Of a DNA stretch of 64,000 nucleotides, positions 38,095-48,332 are shown piece after piece. The stretch is from Candidatus Hydrogenedentota bacterium (GTDB taxonomy: Bacteria > Hydrogenedentota > Hydrogenedentia > Hydrogenedentales > JAEUWI01), in contig JAEUWI010000018.1 of assembly GCA_016791475.1 (NCBI GenBank), positions 49,275 to 113,274 on the forward strand. Reading direction: 5' to 3'. The notes beneath the pieces are model-generated. The model did no database searches and was not told the DNA's origin. It saw only the letters and a program-made list of their open reading frames with translations. Within the stretch, counting starts at the first letter, position 1. Every line of letters starts with the position of its first letter. The translations under genes and the position numbers were made by a program.

Positions 38095-39861
38095 ATGGTA
38101 AATTGGATTGAGAGCAACGGCGACCTGGAACAGCTTTCGGGCGTGGAAACCTTCAAGAATCGCTCGGGCGGCCTGTATGGGCCGGTGGGCGATGAACTGG
38201 CCCAGCCGACCGACCATTTCTCGGACGAGAGTGTTCAGATCCTCAAGTTTCACGGCTCTTACCAGCAGGACAACCGGGACACGCGCAAGGCGCGCCAGAA
38301 GGCGGGTCTGGACAAAGAGTATTCCATGATGCTCCGGACGAAGTTCCCCGGCGGCGACCTTACGGCGGAGCAGTTCCTTTTCTGCCTTGATATGGCGGCC
38401 AAGTATGGCCAGGACGATTTCCGCGTGACCTCGCGCCAGGACTTTCAGTTCCACGGCGTGATCAAGAAAAATTTCCGCCCGCTCATTTCCGATCTGAACA
38501 AGCTGGCGAAGATTACTTCCATCGGCGGTTGCGGCGACATTGTGCGCAACACGATGGCGAATCCCGTGGCCGATATTGATCTGCGGTACAAGGATTGCGG
38601 CGCGGACCTGGTCAAGATAGCCCACGACATCGCCACGGCGACGCTCCCGACCACGAAAGCCTATTACGACCTGTGGCTGAATGACGAGAAGGCCACGGTA
38701 CACGAAGACGGCACGGTCTCCTTCGGCGAAGACCTGCGCGAAGAGACGGTGGACCCGCTCTACGGCACCCAGTATCTCCCCCGCAAGTTCAAGATCGGCG
38801 TGGCTATCGACTTTGACAACAGCACGGACGTGTACACGCAAGACGTGGGCATCGTCGGTGTAACGGAAAACGGCAAGATCGTCGGCTATGAAATTCTCGC
38901 GGGCGGCGGCCTCGGTTTCTCCCACGGGCGCAAGGACACCTACGCGCGCGCGGCCTCGCACCTGGCCTTCGTTCAAGAAGAAGATGTGCTGCCGATCACC
39001 CTCGCGATTGTGAAAGTCCAGCGCGACTACGGTGATCGCACGGACCGCAAGCTTGCGCGCCTGAAATACACCATCGACCGCCTGGGTCTGGAAGCCTTCA
39101 AGGCGAAGGTGGACGAGTATGCGGGCAAAGTCTTCGATGGACCACGCAATGTTAAGCCCACGGATCAGCCCGACTACCTCGGCTGGCACAAGCAAATCCA
39201 ACCCGGCCTGAACTATGTGGGCGTGTGGGTGGAAAACGGCCGCGTGAAGGATTTCGAGGGCAGCCACCAGTTCAAGACCGGCCTCCGCGCCGTGGTGGAT
39301 CGCTTCAAGATGAGCGTCCGCGTCACGGCCCACCACAACCTCGTTCTCGCCAATATCAAGGACGAAGACGTGGACGCGGTGCAGGCGATGCTGGACCAGT
39401 ACAAGCTGCCCACGGACAAAGGCATCTCCACCATCCGCCGGCTGGAAATGGCCTGCCCGGCCCTCCCCCTCTGCGGCCTGGCCCAGTCGGAAGCCGAGCG
39501 TTACCTGCCCACGTTGATGGACGCCATCGAAGCGGGCGGCCACGGTGATTCGGATGTCATCATCCGCATGACGGGCTGCCCCAATGGCTGCGCGCGCTCG
39601 TCCAGCTCGGAAATCGGGTTGGTGGGCAAGGGCGTGGGCCGCTACACGCTGATGACGGGCGGCTGCTACAACGGCACCCGCCTCAATGAGCAGTTTATCG
39701 CCACCGTAAAGGAAGAAGATCTTGCGGGCATTATGTGCGGTCTGCTCAAGCTGTGGAAGACCCACCGCGCCGAGGGCGAGCGCTTCGGCGACTGGTCGAA
39801 AAAGGTCGGAGTTGAAAAGCTGCAGGAACTGCTCGACGCCGAGTTGGGCGCGCAGGTCTAA
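38095..39861 (+). CDS. cysI: Assimilatory sulfite reductase hemoprotein (siroheme/4Fe-4S; CysI/Sir type)
   Basis: KFHGSYQQDNRDTR motif. Two nitrite/sulfite-reductase ferredoxin-like half-domains. C-terminal Cys cluster (CPALPLCGLAQSE ... TGCPNGCARS). The start was moved to M53 of the ORF on the basis of the AAGGA Shine-Dalgarno and the typical protein length. Confidence 0.9.
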   Translation: MVNWIESNGDLEQLSGVETFKNRSGGLYGPVGDELAQPTDHFSDESVQILKFHGSYQQDNRDTRKARQKAGLDKEYSMMLRTKFPGGDLTAEQFLFCLDMAAKYGQDDFRVTSRQDFQFHGVIKKNFRPLISDLNKLAKITSIGGCGDIVRNTMANPVADIDLRYKDCGADLVKIAHDIATATLPTTKAYYDLWLNDEKATVHEDGTVSFGEDLREETVDPLYGTQYLPRKFKIGVAIDFDNSTDVYTQDVGIVGVTENGKIVGYEILAGGGLGFSHGRKDTYARAASHLAFVQEEDVLPITLAIVKVQRDYGDRTDRKLARLKYTIDRLGLEAFKAKVDEYAGKVFDGPRNVKPTDQPDYLGWHKQIQPGLNYVGVWVENGRVKDFEGSHQFKTGLRAVVDRFKMSVRVTAHHNLVLANIKDEDVDAVQAMLDQYKLPTDKGISTIRRLEMACPALPLCGLAQSEAERYLPTLMDAIEAGGHGDSDVIIRMTGCPNGCARSSSSEIGLVGKGVGRYTLMTGGCYNGTRLNEQFIATVKEEDLAGIMCGLLKLWKTHRAEGERFGDWSKKVGVEKLQELLDAELGAQV

Positions 39862-39999
39862 AGATAGTAGAAGTTTAATCCGACTTGAAGATTTTTTGCT
39901 GCGCCTGTCGTATTGACTGCCATGTGATGCGACGGATGAACGCGAGTTGGCTCACAAAAAATGCAGTGCTCTATTGAGCGTAAAAGTTGTAAATGCTTT

Positions 40000-40236
40000 T
40001 AGCCCCGGAGGGGCTGAGGAACTTAGCCCAGGGTGAAGCGAGGCACGAGCGAAACCCTGGGTAGACGCCCGTTGAAATTCGAATAAACCCGCGAAGCGGG
40101 TGACGGAAGACTTGGAAATTCAATCTCCGGTTTTCCGTCGCCCCCTTCGGGGCTGTTATCTATAGAACAATAATCCCAGGGTTCCGTTCGTACCTCACTC
40201 CACCCTGGGCTAAGTTCCGCGGCCCCTACGGGGCCA
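40000..40236. other. Quasi-palindromic multi-hairpin element (about 240 bp) between cysI and cysH
   Basis: Perfect 18-bp long-range inverted repeat GGAACTTAGCCCAGGGTG (40018-40035 and 40201-40218). Two internal CCCAGGGT...ACCCTGGG hairpins. Four short GC hairpins with tight loops (AGCCCCGGAGGGGCT, CCCGCGAAGCGGG, GCCCCCTTCGGGGC, GGCCCCTACGGGGCC). Confidence 0.6.
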
Positions 40237-40325
40237 AGAGGCACGTTAGCAGCCGTGAAAACGTGTCGAAACTACACAAATCGCGCTCGCCCCTGATGAA
40301 CTAGAAAGAAGCTGGAGGTCATTCC

Positions 40326-41063
40326 ATGGCCGTTGCGGAAACAGAAGAATTGCTGCTTGATCGCTTGAATGCGATGGAGGCGGAAGAGATCCTCGCCTGG
40401 GCCCTGGAGACCCATGGGGATCGCGCCGCCATCATCACCAGCTTTCAGGACACGGGCTGCGTGATGATCGACCTGATGTCGAAGGTCGCGCCGGGCATGC
40501 GTGTGCTTACCGTGGACACGCTGCGGCTCCACCCGGAGACCTATGCCCACATGGACGCCATGGAAGCGCGCTACGGGAAAATCGAGCGATTCCAGCCGGA
40601 CCCCGCGCGGCTCAGGAAGATGGTGAATCAGCACGGCGAGTACCTTTTCTTCGACAGCAAGGCGAAGCAGGAGTATTGCTGCAACATCCGCAAGACGGAG
40701 CCGAACCAACGCGCGCTGGACAGCGTGGATGTGTGGTTCACGGGGCTGCGCCGGGACCACTCCGAGTTCCGGGGTAAGACGCCGAAGGCCCAGTACGTGG
40801 ATCGCGCGGGTCGGCCCCTGCTGAAGATCGCCCCGCTGGCGGATTGGGATCAGGCGCGGATCAATGCGTATCTGGAAGAGAACCAAGTGCCGAAAAACGC
40901 CCTCTACGAGCAGGGTTACACCAGCATCGGCTGCATGATCTGCTCCACCCCCACCCTGCCCCACGAGGACAAGCGCGCGGGTCGCTGGCGCTGGTTCAAC
41001 GCGCTGCCCGACGGTGAAAACAACAAGGAATGCGGTATTCACATCGGCGGCAGCGGTATCTGA
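40326..41063 (+). CDS. cysH: Phosphoadenosine-phosphosulfate / adenylyl-sulfate reductase (thioredoxin-dependent; Fe-S type with CC...CxxC)
   Basis: PAPS-reductase fold motifs (IITSFQDTGCVMIDL), the KQEYCCNIRK and GCMICS cysteine pairs, and the C-terminal ECGIH catalytic motif. Confidence 0.9.
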   Translation: MAVAETEELLLDRLNAMEAEEILAWALETHGDRAAIITSFQDTGCVMIDLMSKVAPGMRVLTVDTLRLHPETYAHMDAMEARYGKIERFQPDPARLRKMVNQHGEYLFFDSKAKQEYCCNIRKTEPNQRALDSVDVWFTGLRRDHSEFRGKTPKAQYVDRAGRPLLKIAPLADWDQARINAYLEENQVPKNALYEQGYTSIGCMICSTPTLPHEDKRAGRWRWFNALPDGENNKECGIHIGGSGI

Positions 41064-41089
41064 CCGCCCGAAACACACCAACAACACGA

Positions 41090-41128
41090 TGCCGGGCATC
41101 CCAATCGGGGTACCCGGCATTTTTTGTT
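41090..41128 (+). terminator. Rho-independent terminator after cysH
   Basis: TGCCGGG...CCCGGCA stem followed by TTTTTTGTTG. Confidence 0.65.
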
Positions 41129-41150
41129 GTGGTCGCTAAAGTATAGGCGC

Positions 41151-43607
41151 CTACTGAATTACCGTTCGCTGGATTCCGGTCGGCACGCTGCCCTGGCCCG
41201 CGCCCAACTTGTCACGGCGGGCCTTGATCTCTTCGGGAGTCGCGCCGCGCTTCTCCGCTTCGTCCAGTTGGCCCCGCGCACGGGCGAAATCCTCCGCCAC
41301 GATATTCATGTCCGCCATCTGAAGCCAGGGCAGGGGGCTGTCCGGGTACGCCTTCTGGGCCGCCTCGAAATAGGCCACCGCGCGCTGGGGCTGCTTCACC
41401 TGGATAGCGACTTCCGCCAGCCTCAACTCCGGCATGGCGCCCGGCGTCCCCGAGAGTCCGTGGCGCAGGTAGAGTTCAGCCGCCTCCCAGGCGCCCGTCA
41501 CGGCGCAACGCCCGGACAACTGCTCCCAGGCCGTGGCGTTGCCGGCGCGGCTGGCGCCCCATTCCGCAAGAAAGTTCTCGCTTCCTTTGATGCGCGCGCT
41601 GACCATACCCAGCGTCGCCCAGGCTGCATCGCTCGACGGGGCCTGCTCCATCACCACTTGCAGCAGATAGAAGGCGGACATCAGATGTCCCTCGGCCAGC
41701 AGCAGGTCGACGCGGGCCAGAAGCCCTTCGATGCCCGCCGGATTCTGGCTCACGGCCGTATCCACACGCTGGCGCATGGTCTGAACCTGTTCCGCCATCT
41801 TGGTAAACTGATCGAACGGCGCCTTCAGCGGAGACTCCGCATCATCGCCCATGGCCGCCTTTACGAGGGGCAGGCCGGTTTCAAATTCGCCGAAGCTGGC
41901 CGCCAGCATTCCATAGCGCGCTTGCGCATCCACCGGGAGCGCCCCCAGACGCGCGGCCCTGCGGAAAGCCCGCAGCGCCCCGATGAGGAGATCCCGCTCC
42001 CCCGAATTGCGACCCACCTGTTCGAGACTGTAGCCCAGGTAGAGCGCCAGCTCCTGATCCTCGGGCAGGCGCGTGCTGGCCGTCTCCAGGAGCGGGCGCG
42101 CTTCGTCAAACTTGCCGAGGTTCACGGCCATGATACCCAGATTCTTCTCCGCCTCCGGGTCGCCCGGAATACGCTCCAGAACGGTCTTCCAGGTATTCGA
42201 GGCCGCGGTGAAGAGCTTCTCCCGGACCTGAAGGTTGTCGAGGGGAGCGAGTTCGGCCGCCGCCGACTGGAAGCGTCCCAGGGCCTGGAGGGGTTCCACG
42301 GATTCCGGGTGGCGTTCCAGCTCCTCGCCCCATAGCACCTCGGGCTGCTTCCACGCTTCGGTGCGTTGAAAGGCGAGGAAACCCAGCGCCAGAATCAACA
42401 CCGCGACAACGCCGCTGGCCACGCGAAACGCGGACGGCGCCTGGATACGCACCAGGATCCAGGGCAACAGAATGGCCAATCCCGCGAAGGGCAGGTAGAG
42501 GTAGCGTGTCGTCTCCACGACCTCGGCCGGCGCGTAGCAGGCCGCGCTGAAGAGCCCCAGCAGCGCGAGCGCGATTGCATGGACAACGGCCCATTGGCGT
42601 CCCAGAAGCCCGAAGCCCAGTGCGACAATCAGCAAGAGCAGTCCGGCAATCCCGGCGATGAGGCCCGGCGCGAGGGGCAGAACCGAACTGCGCAGTGGCC
42701 ATAACGTGGAAAGCAGTAAATTGCCGCTCAAATCGAGGAAAGCGTCCAGTCGCGCGCCCATTCCGTGGCTGATGACCGCCGGAGCAAAAAGTCCACTGGC
42801 CTCGCCGACCACCCAAAGCGCTACCGTCGTCAACACCATCGCGGACGTTGACACACGAAGATACGCCTGACTTCCAGAACCCGGGGAGCGCATTTGCAGC
42901 AGGGCAATCCCGACAACCGGAAGGAGCAGCGCGGTGGTGTCACTGCCAAAGGCGAGCACAAACGCGACCACCGCCCCCGCGAGACTCGCCAGGCAGAAAT
43001 TGGCCTGGGCCGCCCCGCGGAGCAGGAGATTAAGCGCGAGCAAACCAAAGAACGTGGACTGGAGCACCGGAAAAGCTACCAGGTAGTTCACTGTTCCGGT
43101 AAGCAACGGATGGGCGACGAAAAACATGCCCGCCACCATGGCCACCGCCTCCGGAGTACCCGCGGGCAGCATTCGGCGCGCAAGCAGAAAAACCAGAATC
43201 GCGCAGCACAGGTGCAGCAGGATACTGAGTCCGTGGAGACCATCCACATTCCCACCCGTCACCGCATAACCCATGGCGAGCCCAACCACCGAAAGAGGTG
43301 AAGTGGGCAACTGTTCCAAGGCGCCCGTGGACGTTACCACCCGGTGAAGGGACTGGGACTCGTGAAACAGCTCCAAGTCGTCGCCTTGAAAGGGAATGCT
43401 GAAACTCCCCAGGTAGACTATAAAGCCCAGGGCCGCGATCAGAAAAGCGCTGATCCATACCTGAGCCGTCTCCGTACCCGTGTCCCCCTTCAACACCCCA
43501 GTCGCCAGGCGCTTGTCCAGCGCGGCGTTGCCGGAGCTTTCTTCATCCTGTCCTGCGGACTCCATGAACGGGGATTCTAACTGTTTATCCAATGCGCTCT
43601 GCTCCAT
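41151..43607 (-). CDS. Polytopic membrane protein with C-terminal TPR repeats (glycosyltransferase-39/PMT-like architecture)
   Basis: At least 10 predicted TM helices in the N-terminal 430 aa, followed by TPR-like helical repeats. 818 aa. Confidence 0.6.
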   Translation of the reverse strand: MEQSALDKQLESPFMESAGQDEESSGNAALDKRLATGVLKGDTGTETAQVWISAFLIAALGFIVYLGSFSIPFQGDDLELFHESQSLHRVVTSTGALEQLPTSPLSVVGLAMGYAVTGGNVDGLHGLSILLHLCCAILVFLLARRMLPAGTPEAVAMVAGMFFVAHPLLTGTVNYLVAFPVLQSTFFGLLALNLLLRGAAQANFCLASLAGAVVAFVLAFGSDTTALLLPVVGIALLQMRSPGSGSQAYLRVSTSAMVLTTVALWVVGEASGLFAPAVISHGMGARLDAFLDLSGNLLLSTLWPLRSSVLPLAPGLIAGIAGLLLLIVALGFGLLGRQWAVVHAIALALLGLFSAACYAPAEVVETTRYLYLPFAGLAILLPWILVRIQAPSAFRVASGVVAVLILALGFLAFQRTEAWKQPEVLWGEELERHPESVEPLQALGRFQSAAAELAPLDNLQVREKLFTAASNTWKTVLERIPGDPEAEKNLGIMAVNLGKFDEARPLLETASTRLPEDQELALYLGYSLEQVGRNSGERDLLIGALRAFRRAARLGALPVDAQARYGMLAASFGEFETGLPLVKAAMGDDAESPLKAPFDQFTKMAEQVQTMRQRVDTAVSQNPAGIEGLLARVDLLLAEGHLMSAFYLLQVVMEQAPSSDAAWATLGMVSARIKGSENFLAEWGASRAGNATAWEQLSGRCAVTGAWEAAELYLRHGLSGTPGAMPELRLAEVAIQVKQPQRAVAYFEAAQKAYPDSPLPWLQMADMNIVAEDFARARGQLDEAEKRGATPEEIKARRDKLGAGQGSVPTGIQRTVIQ

Positions 43608-43858
43608 TCTGGTTACCAGACCTCATGCCGAGATTATAGGACAAAGGAGTGGCGCCATGGAAATACTCCGGCCACTCGAGGTTACCAGTCCTGCAAAAAG
43701 CAACTGCGCCTGCCCATGGTGGCAGGCGCACAAGTTGCTCCATCCTCTGAATCCGTGATGCTAAGTACATGCAGGGCGACCGGAGGCGACTAGTATACTC
43801 TCAGTCGGCCCCTTCTCGGAGGACGTCGGAAAGTGAACCGTCCACTAACCCGTCGTCA

Positions 43859-44242
43859 TCACTCCGTGGCGCCAAGCTGGAGCAGAAGGTCCACGGCTTC
43901 CTGCTTGCCTGCATCCTTTGCATAGGCCAGGGGCTTCTTGCCGTGGCTGTCCGCATAATTCACGTCAGCCCCGGCCTGTACCATGAGCGTTATTACATCC
44001 ACATTCCCGCCCTTTGCCGCGGCGCATAACGGTGTCAACCCTTCATGGCTGGGAACAATTGGATCCCATGAGTAGTCCGAGACATAGAACTGAATGGCCT
44101 CCACGTCGCCCGCCTCTGCCGCCTGGAATACATCGTAGGCGGGTTGGAACAGCGGGTCATCCTTAATCTCCGAACCGCAACCCGGCATCATGAACGCCGC
44201 AGCAAGACAAACCACCCAGCACAACCCAGAACGTCGTATCAT
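43859..44242 (-). CDS. Ankyrin-repeat lipoprotein
   Basis: Lipobox (AAAFMMPGC). Two to three ankyrin repeats (GLTPLCAAAKGGNVDVITLMVQAGADVN..HGKKPL). Confidence 0.7.
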   Translation of the reverse strand: MIRRSGLCWVVCLAAAFMMPGCGSEIKDDPLFQPAYDVFQAAEAGDVEAIQFYVSDYSWDPIVPSHEGLTPLCAAAKGGNVDVITLMVQAGADVNYADSHGKKPLAYAKDAGKQEAVDLLLQLGATE

Positions 44243-44388
44243 TCTCCACCTTTCCTGTCCAGTCATTCAGGGGCCGTCCCCTTCAATGGCACAAATGCAA
44301 CGTGTGCGCTTGTGGTTGGCACAAGCGCACACGACGAATCTTCTACCCGCCGCAGCCACCCGGTGACTGCGGCAGGCGTGGAGTGCTA

Positions 44389-45429
44389 TCAGGTGGCGCG
44401 GCCGACAACTGCCGTGCGCGGATCGCCAAGCTCGCCCAGCGGAGCCGGGTACTTGACGAATTCTACGTGGCCGTCCATGTGAAGGAGGTTGATGCCGCCG
44501 GGAATGTGGGCGAAGCCATTCTTGCTGCGACCACTGACACCGAGACGGTCCCACATCACCGGAACATCGGTCTGGGCGCGGGCGCTCGCACCGGCATTGT
44601 TGATGTCCGTGATCAGGAAACGTTCCACACCTTCGCGAAGCACGAGAATGGTGTTGCTGTTCACGCCCGTGCTGCCCTGCGCGATGGACTTGGTCACACC
44701 CCAGGGGGTATATTCCGTCGCCTCGCGGGAATCAAAATTGGCCTGCAACTGCGCCTGCGTCGCCCCGGTAATGCTTTGTGAACCAAAGGACTTCCCGGAA
44801 CCGAAAACGATATCGCCGTCCGAAAGCGCGAGCCAGAGGCCCTTTGTATCGGGCGTCACCGTGCCGGATCCGCCATTGACCTTCGACCTCCAGTCGGCCC
44901 AAACCCAGCGCATCGTATCAAGCACATGGGAGTTGGTCGCCATGTAGTTGATGTAGATGTAGTTGCGGTCGTCAAAAAGGGAGGCGTTCAACCCCGCACC
45001 CTGTGTGCCGTCCTGAGGGGAGCGGCACCAGCTACCCAACGGGCACAGGAAGCGCTCGGGCTGCTGGTCAGAGTCGGTACCGGACGGGCAGAAATAGATA
45101 TTCAAGTCCGTAACATATTCCGGATAAACCAAGGTACCGTTCGGTGCGGTCAACATTTTGTGTGGTCCGCAGGCATTACCGACGCCCAGGCCCACATTCT
45201 GGCAAGGCAGACGCTCTGGACCGGTCGCCATGCGCGGAAACTTTTCACCCTTCGACTCATTGGAGTACATCTTGTAGACGAGACCCCACTGCTTCAGATT
45301 GTTCTGGCAGCTTGCGCGGCGCGCGGCTTCCCGGGCGCGTGCAAGTGCCGGCAGCAGAATCGCCGCCAGGATTCCGATGATGGCGATAACCACCAATAAT
45401 TCAATAAGTGTAAAGCCCTTCTTTCTCAT
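44389..45429 (-). CDS. Prepilin-leader H-X9-DG (DUF1559) family protein, paralog 2
   Basis: [47 protein letters not shown] leader and C-terminal [23 protein letters not shown] Shine-Dalgarno. The upstream part of the longer ORF is non-coding-like. Confidence 0.85.
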   Translation of the reverse strand: MRKKGFTLIELLVVIAIIGILAAILLPALARAREAARRASCQNNLKQWGLVYKMYSNESKGEKFPRMATGPERLPCQNVGLGVGNACGPHKMLTAPNGTLVYPEYVTDLNIYFCPSGTDSDQQPERFLCPLGSWCRSPQDGTQGAGLNASLFDDRNYIYINYMATNSHVLDTMRWVWADWRSKVNGGSGTVTPDTKGLWLALSDGDIVFGSGKSFGSQSITGATQAQLQANFDSREATEYTPWGVTKSIAQGSTGVNSNTILVLREGVERFLITDINNAGASARAQTDVPVMWDRLGVSGRSKNGFAHIPGGINLLHMDGHVEFVKYPAPLGELGDPRTAVVGRAT

Positions 45430-46346
45430 GCGTTCTCTCCTTGTTAGGATTGCGATTTCAGTCGTTTCACTGCAATAAATCACCGACACATAAGACCAAA
45501 TCTTAAAGTTCGACCTGCACGGGCTTCTCACGCACTGCCTTAAGATTCGCTCCGAAACCCTAGCACTGTTAGATCCGGACTTATCTCCCTTGATTTCCAA
45601 ACTAGCATGCCGTGCCTGTTTCGTCAAGACTTTTTTGATAAACCGGCCATCAATGGACCATTCGACGGAGGCCGACCCGGCCGAGGAGACCGTTGCCCCA
45701 CCCTCTCAATACGGCGCACCCACCGGAAACTATTGCGAGGCAACGACTTTCGTAAACATGGAATACACAGAATACGAGTTCTGCCCTTCCGCGTTACAGG
45801 CGGCATCCGGATGTCGTGGTTCACCCGGTCAAAGAACTGCTCCAAGTTCATGTCCACGACCCAACAGCGCCCCGAAGCAACATGAGCGCGTGCAGCGCGC
45901 AGCCTGTCATGGGCGCTCCGGCCCGGTTGGAATCCATAGCTCGACTCGGAATAGTCCCGGTCAAAGAGCGGCTCATTGGGGAACCGACAGGAGAAGGCAG
46001 GTCGGCAGACCGCCCTGGGCCACCTTCACGATTATGACCGCCGCGTGTACGCCCACACTTTCCGTGCTGCTGCCGGACTTTGGGTATATTGGTCTTCTCA
46101 TCCGGCGTGGAAGGCTCCTGCGCGATTTTTGTTCGTCGGGCCAGCGCTTGCCCCCGGCTTCCTTCAGATTCCACCTGGCCATGGACTCCCTTGCCGCCCG
46201 GCTGACAGTCCCCACTGCCGGGTCCGTAGAGGACTTGCAACTCCAGGTGATTGTGCCCCGCCGGGTAAACACAAAGAACCGCGCCTGCCGGGGAGGCAGG
46301 CGCGGCTCATTCAACAGGACCTTACATACTCCGTGTGATACTCAAC

Positions 46347-47318
46347 TCAGGTCGCACGCCCCACGAAGGCGCTCAACTTGTCGACCGGATACTGTTCCGC
46401 CGGGTACTTCTTGAACTCGACATGGCCGTCCATGAAGAGAACATTGCAGCCTCCGGGAATGTGGGCGAAGCCGCGAAGCGACGATCCGCTCGTGCCAATA
46501 CGATCCCACATGTAGGCTACCGTGCTCTGCGCCTTGGCCGACGCACCGGCATTGTTGATGTCGGTGATCAGGAAGCGTTCAACACCTTCACGCAAACGCT
46601 GAATGGAGGTGCCGGTTACGCCGCCGTTACCGTGCGCCACGGGAACGGGAAGTCCAATGCTCGTAAAGGAGGCGGCAACTGACGCGAAGTATGCGTTCAA
46701 CCCGCCAATCTGGGTGCCGCTGAGCGTGATATCCGCATCGGCCAGTGCGGGAGTTGCACCGAGCGGCGTGTCACCAAAGCTGTTGTTTCGCCAGGCGCTC
46801 CACAGGGTGCTGGTCGTTATGAAGACCTCGCTGCTGTCGTTCAGCCACGCATTGTAGATGTACGTGCGATCATCGAACCAGGTCGGATTCAGATAGTAAC
46901 CGCCGTTCGCCGGAAGGGAATATACCCCGCCAGCCTGGGTTCCACTGCACCAGAATCCTCCTGGACACTTGATGAAGTCATCCGCGCGGTTATCGGGCTG
47001 CGAAGGACAGAAGTACACATTCATATCGGTAAGATATTCCGGATAAATCTGAATGCCGCTCGGTGCGGAAAGAACCTTATTCGGACCCGGATTCGGATTG
47101 CGGTCTACGCCAAGCGCGTTCCGCGGGAACTTCTCCCCCTTGGATTCGCCTGCGTACATCTTGAACACCAAACCCCACTGTTTCAGATTATTCTGGCAAC
47201 TTGCACGGCGGGCGGCTTCCCGCGCGCGAGACAGAGCCGGAAGCAGGATTGCCGCAAGTATGCCAATGATGGCAATTACAACCAGCAACTCAATCAACGT
47301 AAAGCCTTTTTTCCTCAT
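46347..47318 (-). CDS. Prepilin-leader H-X9-DG (DUF1559) family protein, paralog 3
   Basis: Same leader ([20 protein letters not shown]) and C-terminal [26 protein letters not shown] Shine-Dalgarno. Confidence 0.85.
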   Translation of the reverse strand: MRKKGFTLIELLVVIAIIGILAAILLPALSRAREAARRASCQNNLKQWGLVFKMYAGESKGEKFPRNALGVDRNPNPGPNKVLSAPSGIQIYPEYLTDMNVYFCPSQPDNRADDFIKCPGGFWCSGTQAGGVYSLPANGGYYLNPTWFDDRTYIYNAWLNDSSEVFITTSTLWSAWRNNSFGDTPLGATPALADADITLSGTQIGGLNAYFASVAASFTSIGLPVPVAHGNGGVTGTSIQRLREGVERFLITDINNAGASAKAQSTVAYMWDRIGTSGSSLRGFAHIPGGCNVLFMDGHVEFKKYPAEQYPVDKLSAFVGRAT

Positions 47319-47766
47319 TGCTTTTCTCTCCTTTAAATATTCCCGAAAATTTGACTATCAACACGACGGATTAACATTCACCTTGCTGAAGCTCGACCTT
47401 TTAGGACCCTTCCACTGCTCAATCGGTGGCGCTGCTCCTGCTCCACGTTAGGATGACTTGTTGCTCCAACGGCAGTCTAACACCAACGTCATGAATCGTC
47501 AACGACAATATTTCGGTCGCGAATGCACGGATTCGAGCTGAATCCCGGTCGATTCTTGCGCCCTATTCCAGCATTTACCTGCCTTGATTCCAAGCGCGCC
47601 ACCGATGGCGGCTTTCTCAGGGGAGGAGGCTCTCATTCTGGCGCGTGGCGATGAATAATCGAGATTGCAATGGCTGCCAGTCTGCGGCTAGGATTGGGGG
47701 GTGGACCCTGAACTGGCTACTTCAGATGGTCAGTCACCTACCGGGAATGGACGGAGAGACCAGTAA

Positions 47767-48243
47767 ATGAACGCACTGAAAACATTTTTGACCTGCCTGA
47801 CGGTTTCAATACATCTGGCTGGCTGCGGGGGAATTGAAGGTGTTTCACAGAGCAAGGCTCTGGCCCTGTTAGACGACTTTGGCCGTGCGGTCGTCGCGCA
47901 GGACTGGGAAGGACTCGCGGCACTGCACGCATCGACGAGTGGTGTGACTGCAGAGGCCTTGGCTGCGGAGTTCGGCGGCTACTCGAATATGATCGGCAGC
48001 ATCACGGACGTGACCAGTACTGGGATTGACGAGATTGAGGGGGCCGCTAAGTCTGAATTGGTTTCATCTCTGGGATTAGCCAGTTCTGCGGATTCTATTC
48101 GGTGCATCGGGCGCGTTATTGTAGGTAACGGTCCGGAATCGAAGTCTCCAGCCTTTGAGGGCGTTAGGGTAGAAGTGATTATTGGCGAGGAAAACGGTCG
48201 CTACGTTGTCTTAACCATCTCCAGCGCCTCCGTGATCGACTAG
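47767..48243 (+). CDS. Small lipoprotein, function unknown
   Basis: Lipobox (SIHLAGC). 158 aa. Preceded by an AT-rich region. Confidence 0.55.
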   Translation: MNALKTFLTCLTVSIHLAGCGGIEGVSQSKALALLDDFGRAVVAQDWEGLAALHASTSGVTAEALAAEFGGYSNMIGSITDVTSTGIDEIEGAAKSELVSSLGLASSADSIRCIGRVIVGNGPESKSPAFEGVRVEVIIGEENGRYVVLTISSASVID

Positions 48244-48272
48244 TCTGGCAGTATCGGGACGTATTCCAGCAA

Positions 48273-48317
48273 GGAGAGCCCGGACCCATCAGTCCAGGCT
48301 CTCCAGAAATCCTTTTG
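48273..48317 (+). terminator. Hairpin (GGAGAGCC...GGCTCTCC) followed by CCTTTTGT after the lipoprotein gene
   Basis: 8-bp stem and T-rich tail, seen directly. Confidence 0.5.
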
Positions 48318-48332
48318 TCGACGCGCTTCGGA

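Noticed and set aside
40023-40244. 73-aa minus-strand ORF across the cysI-cysH spacer
   Set aside because: It runs through the palindromic hairpin element, has no Shine-Dalgarno and has a low-complexity composition.
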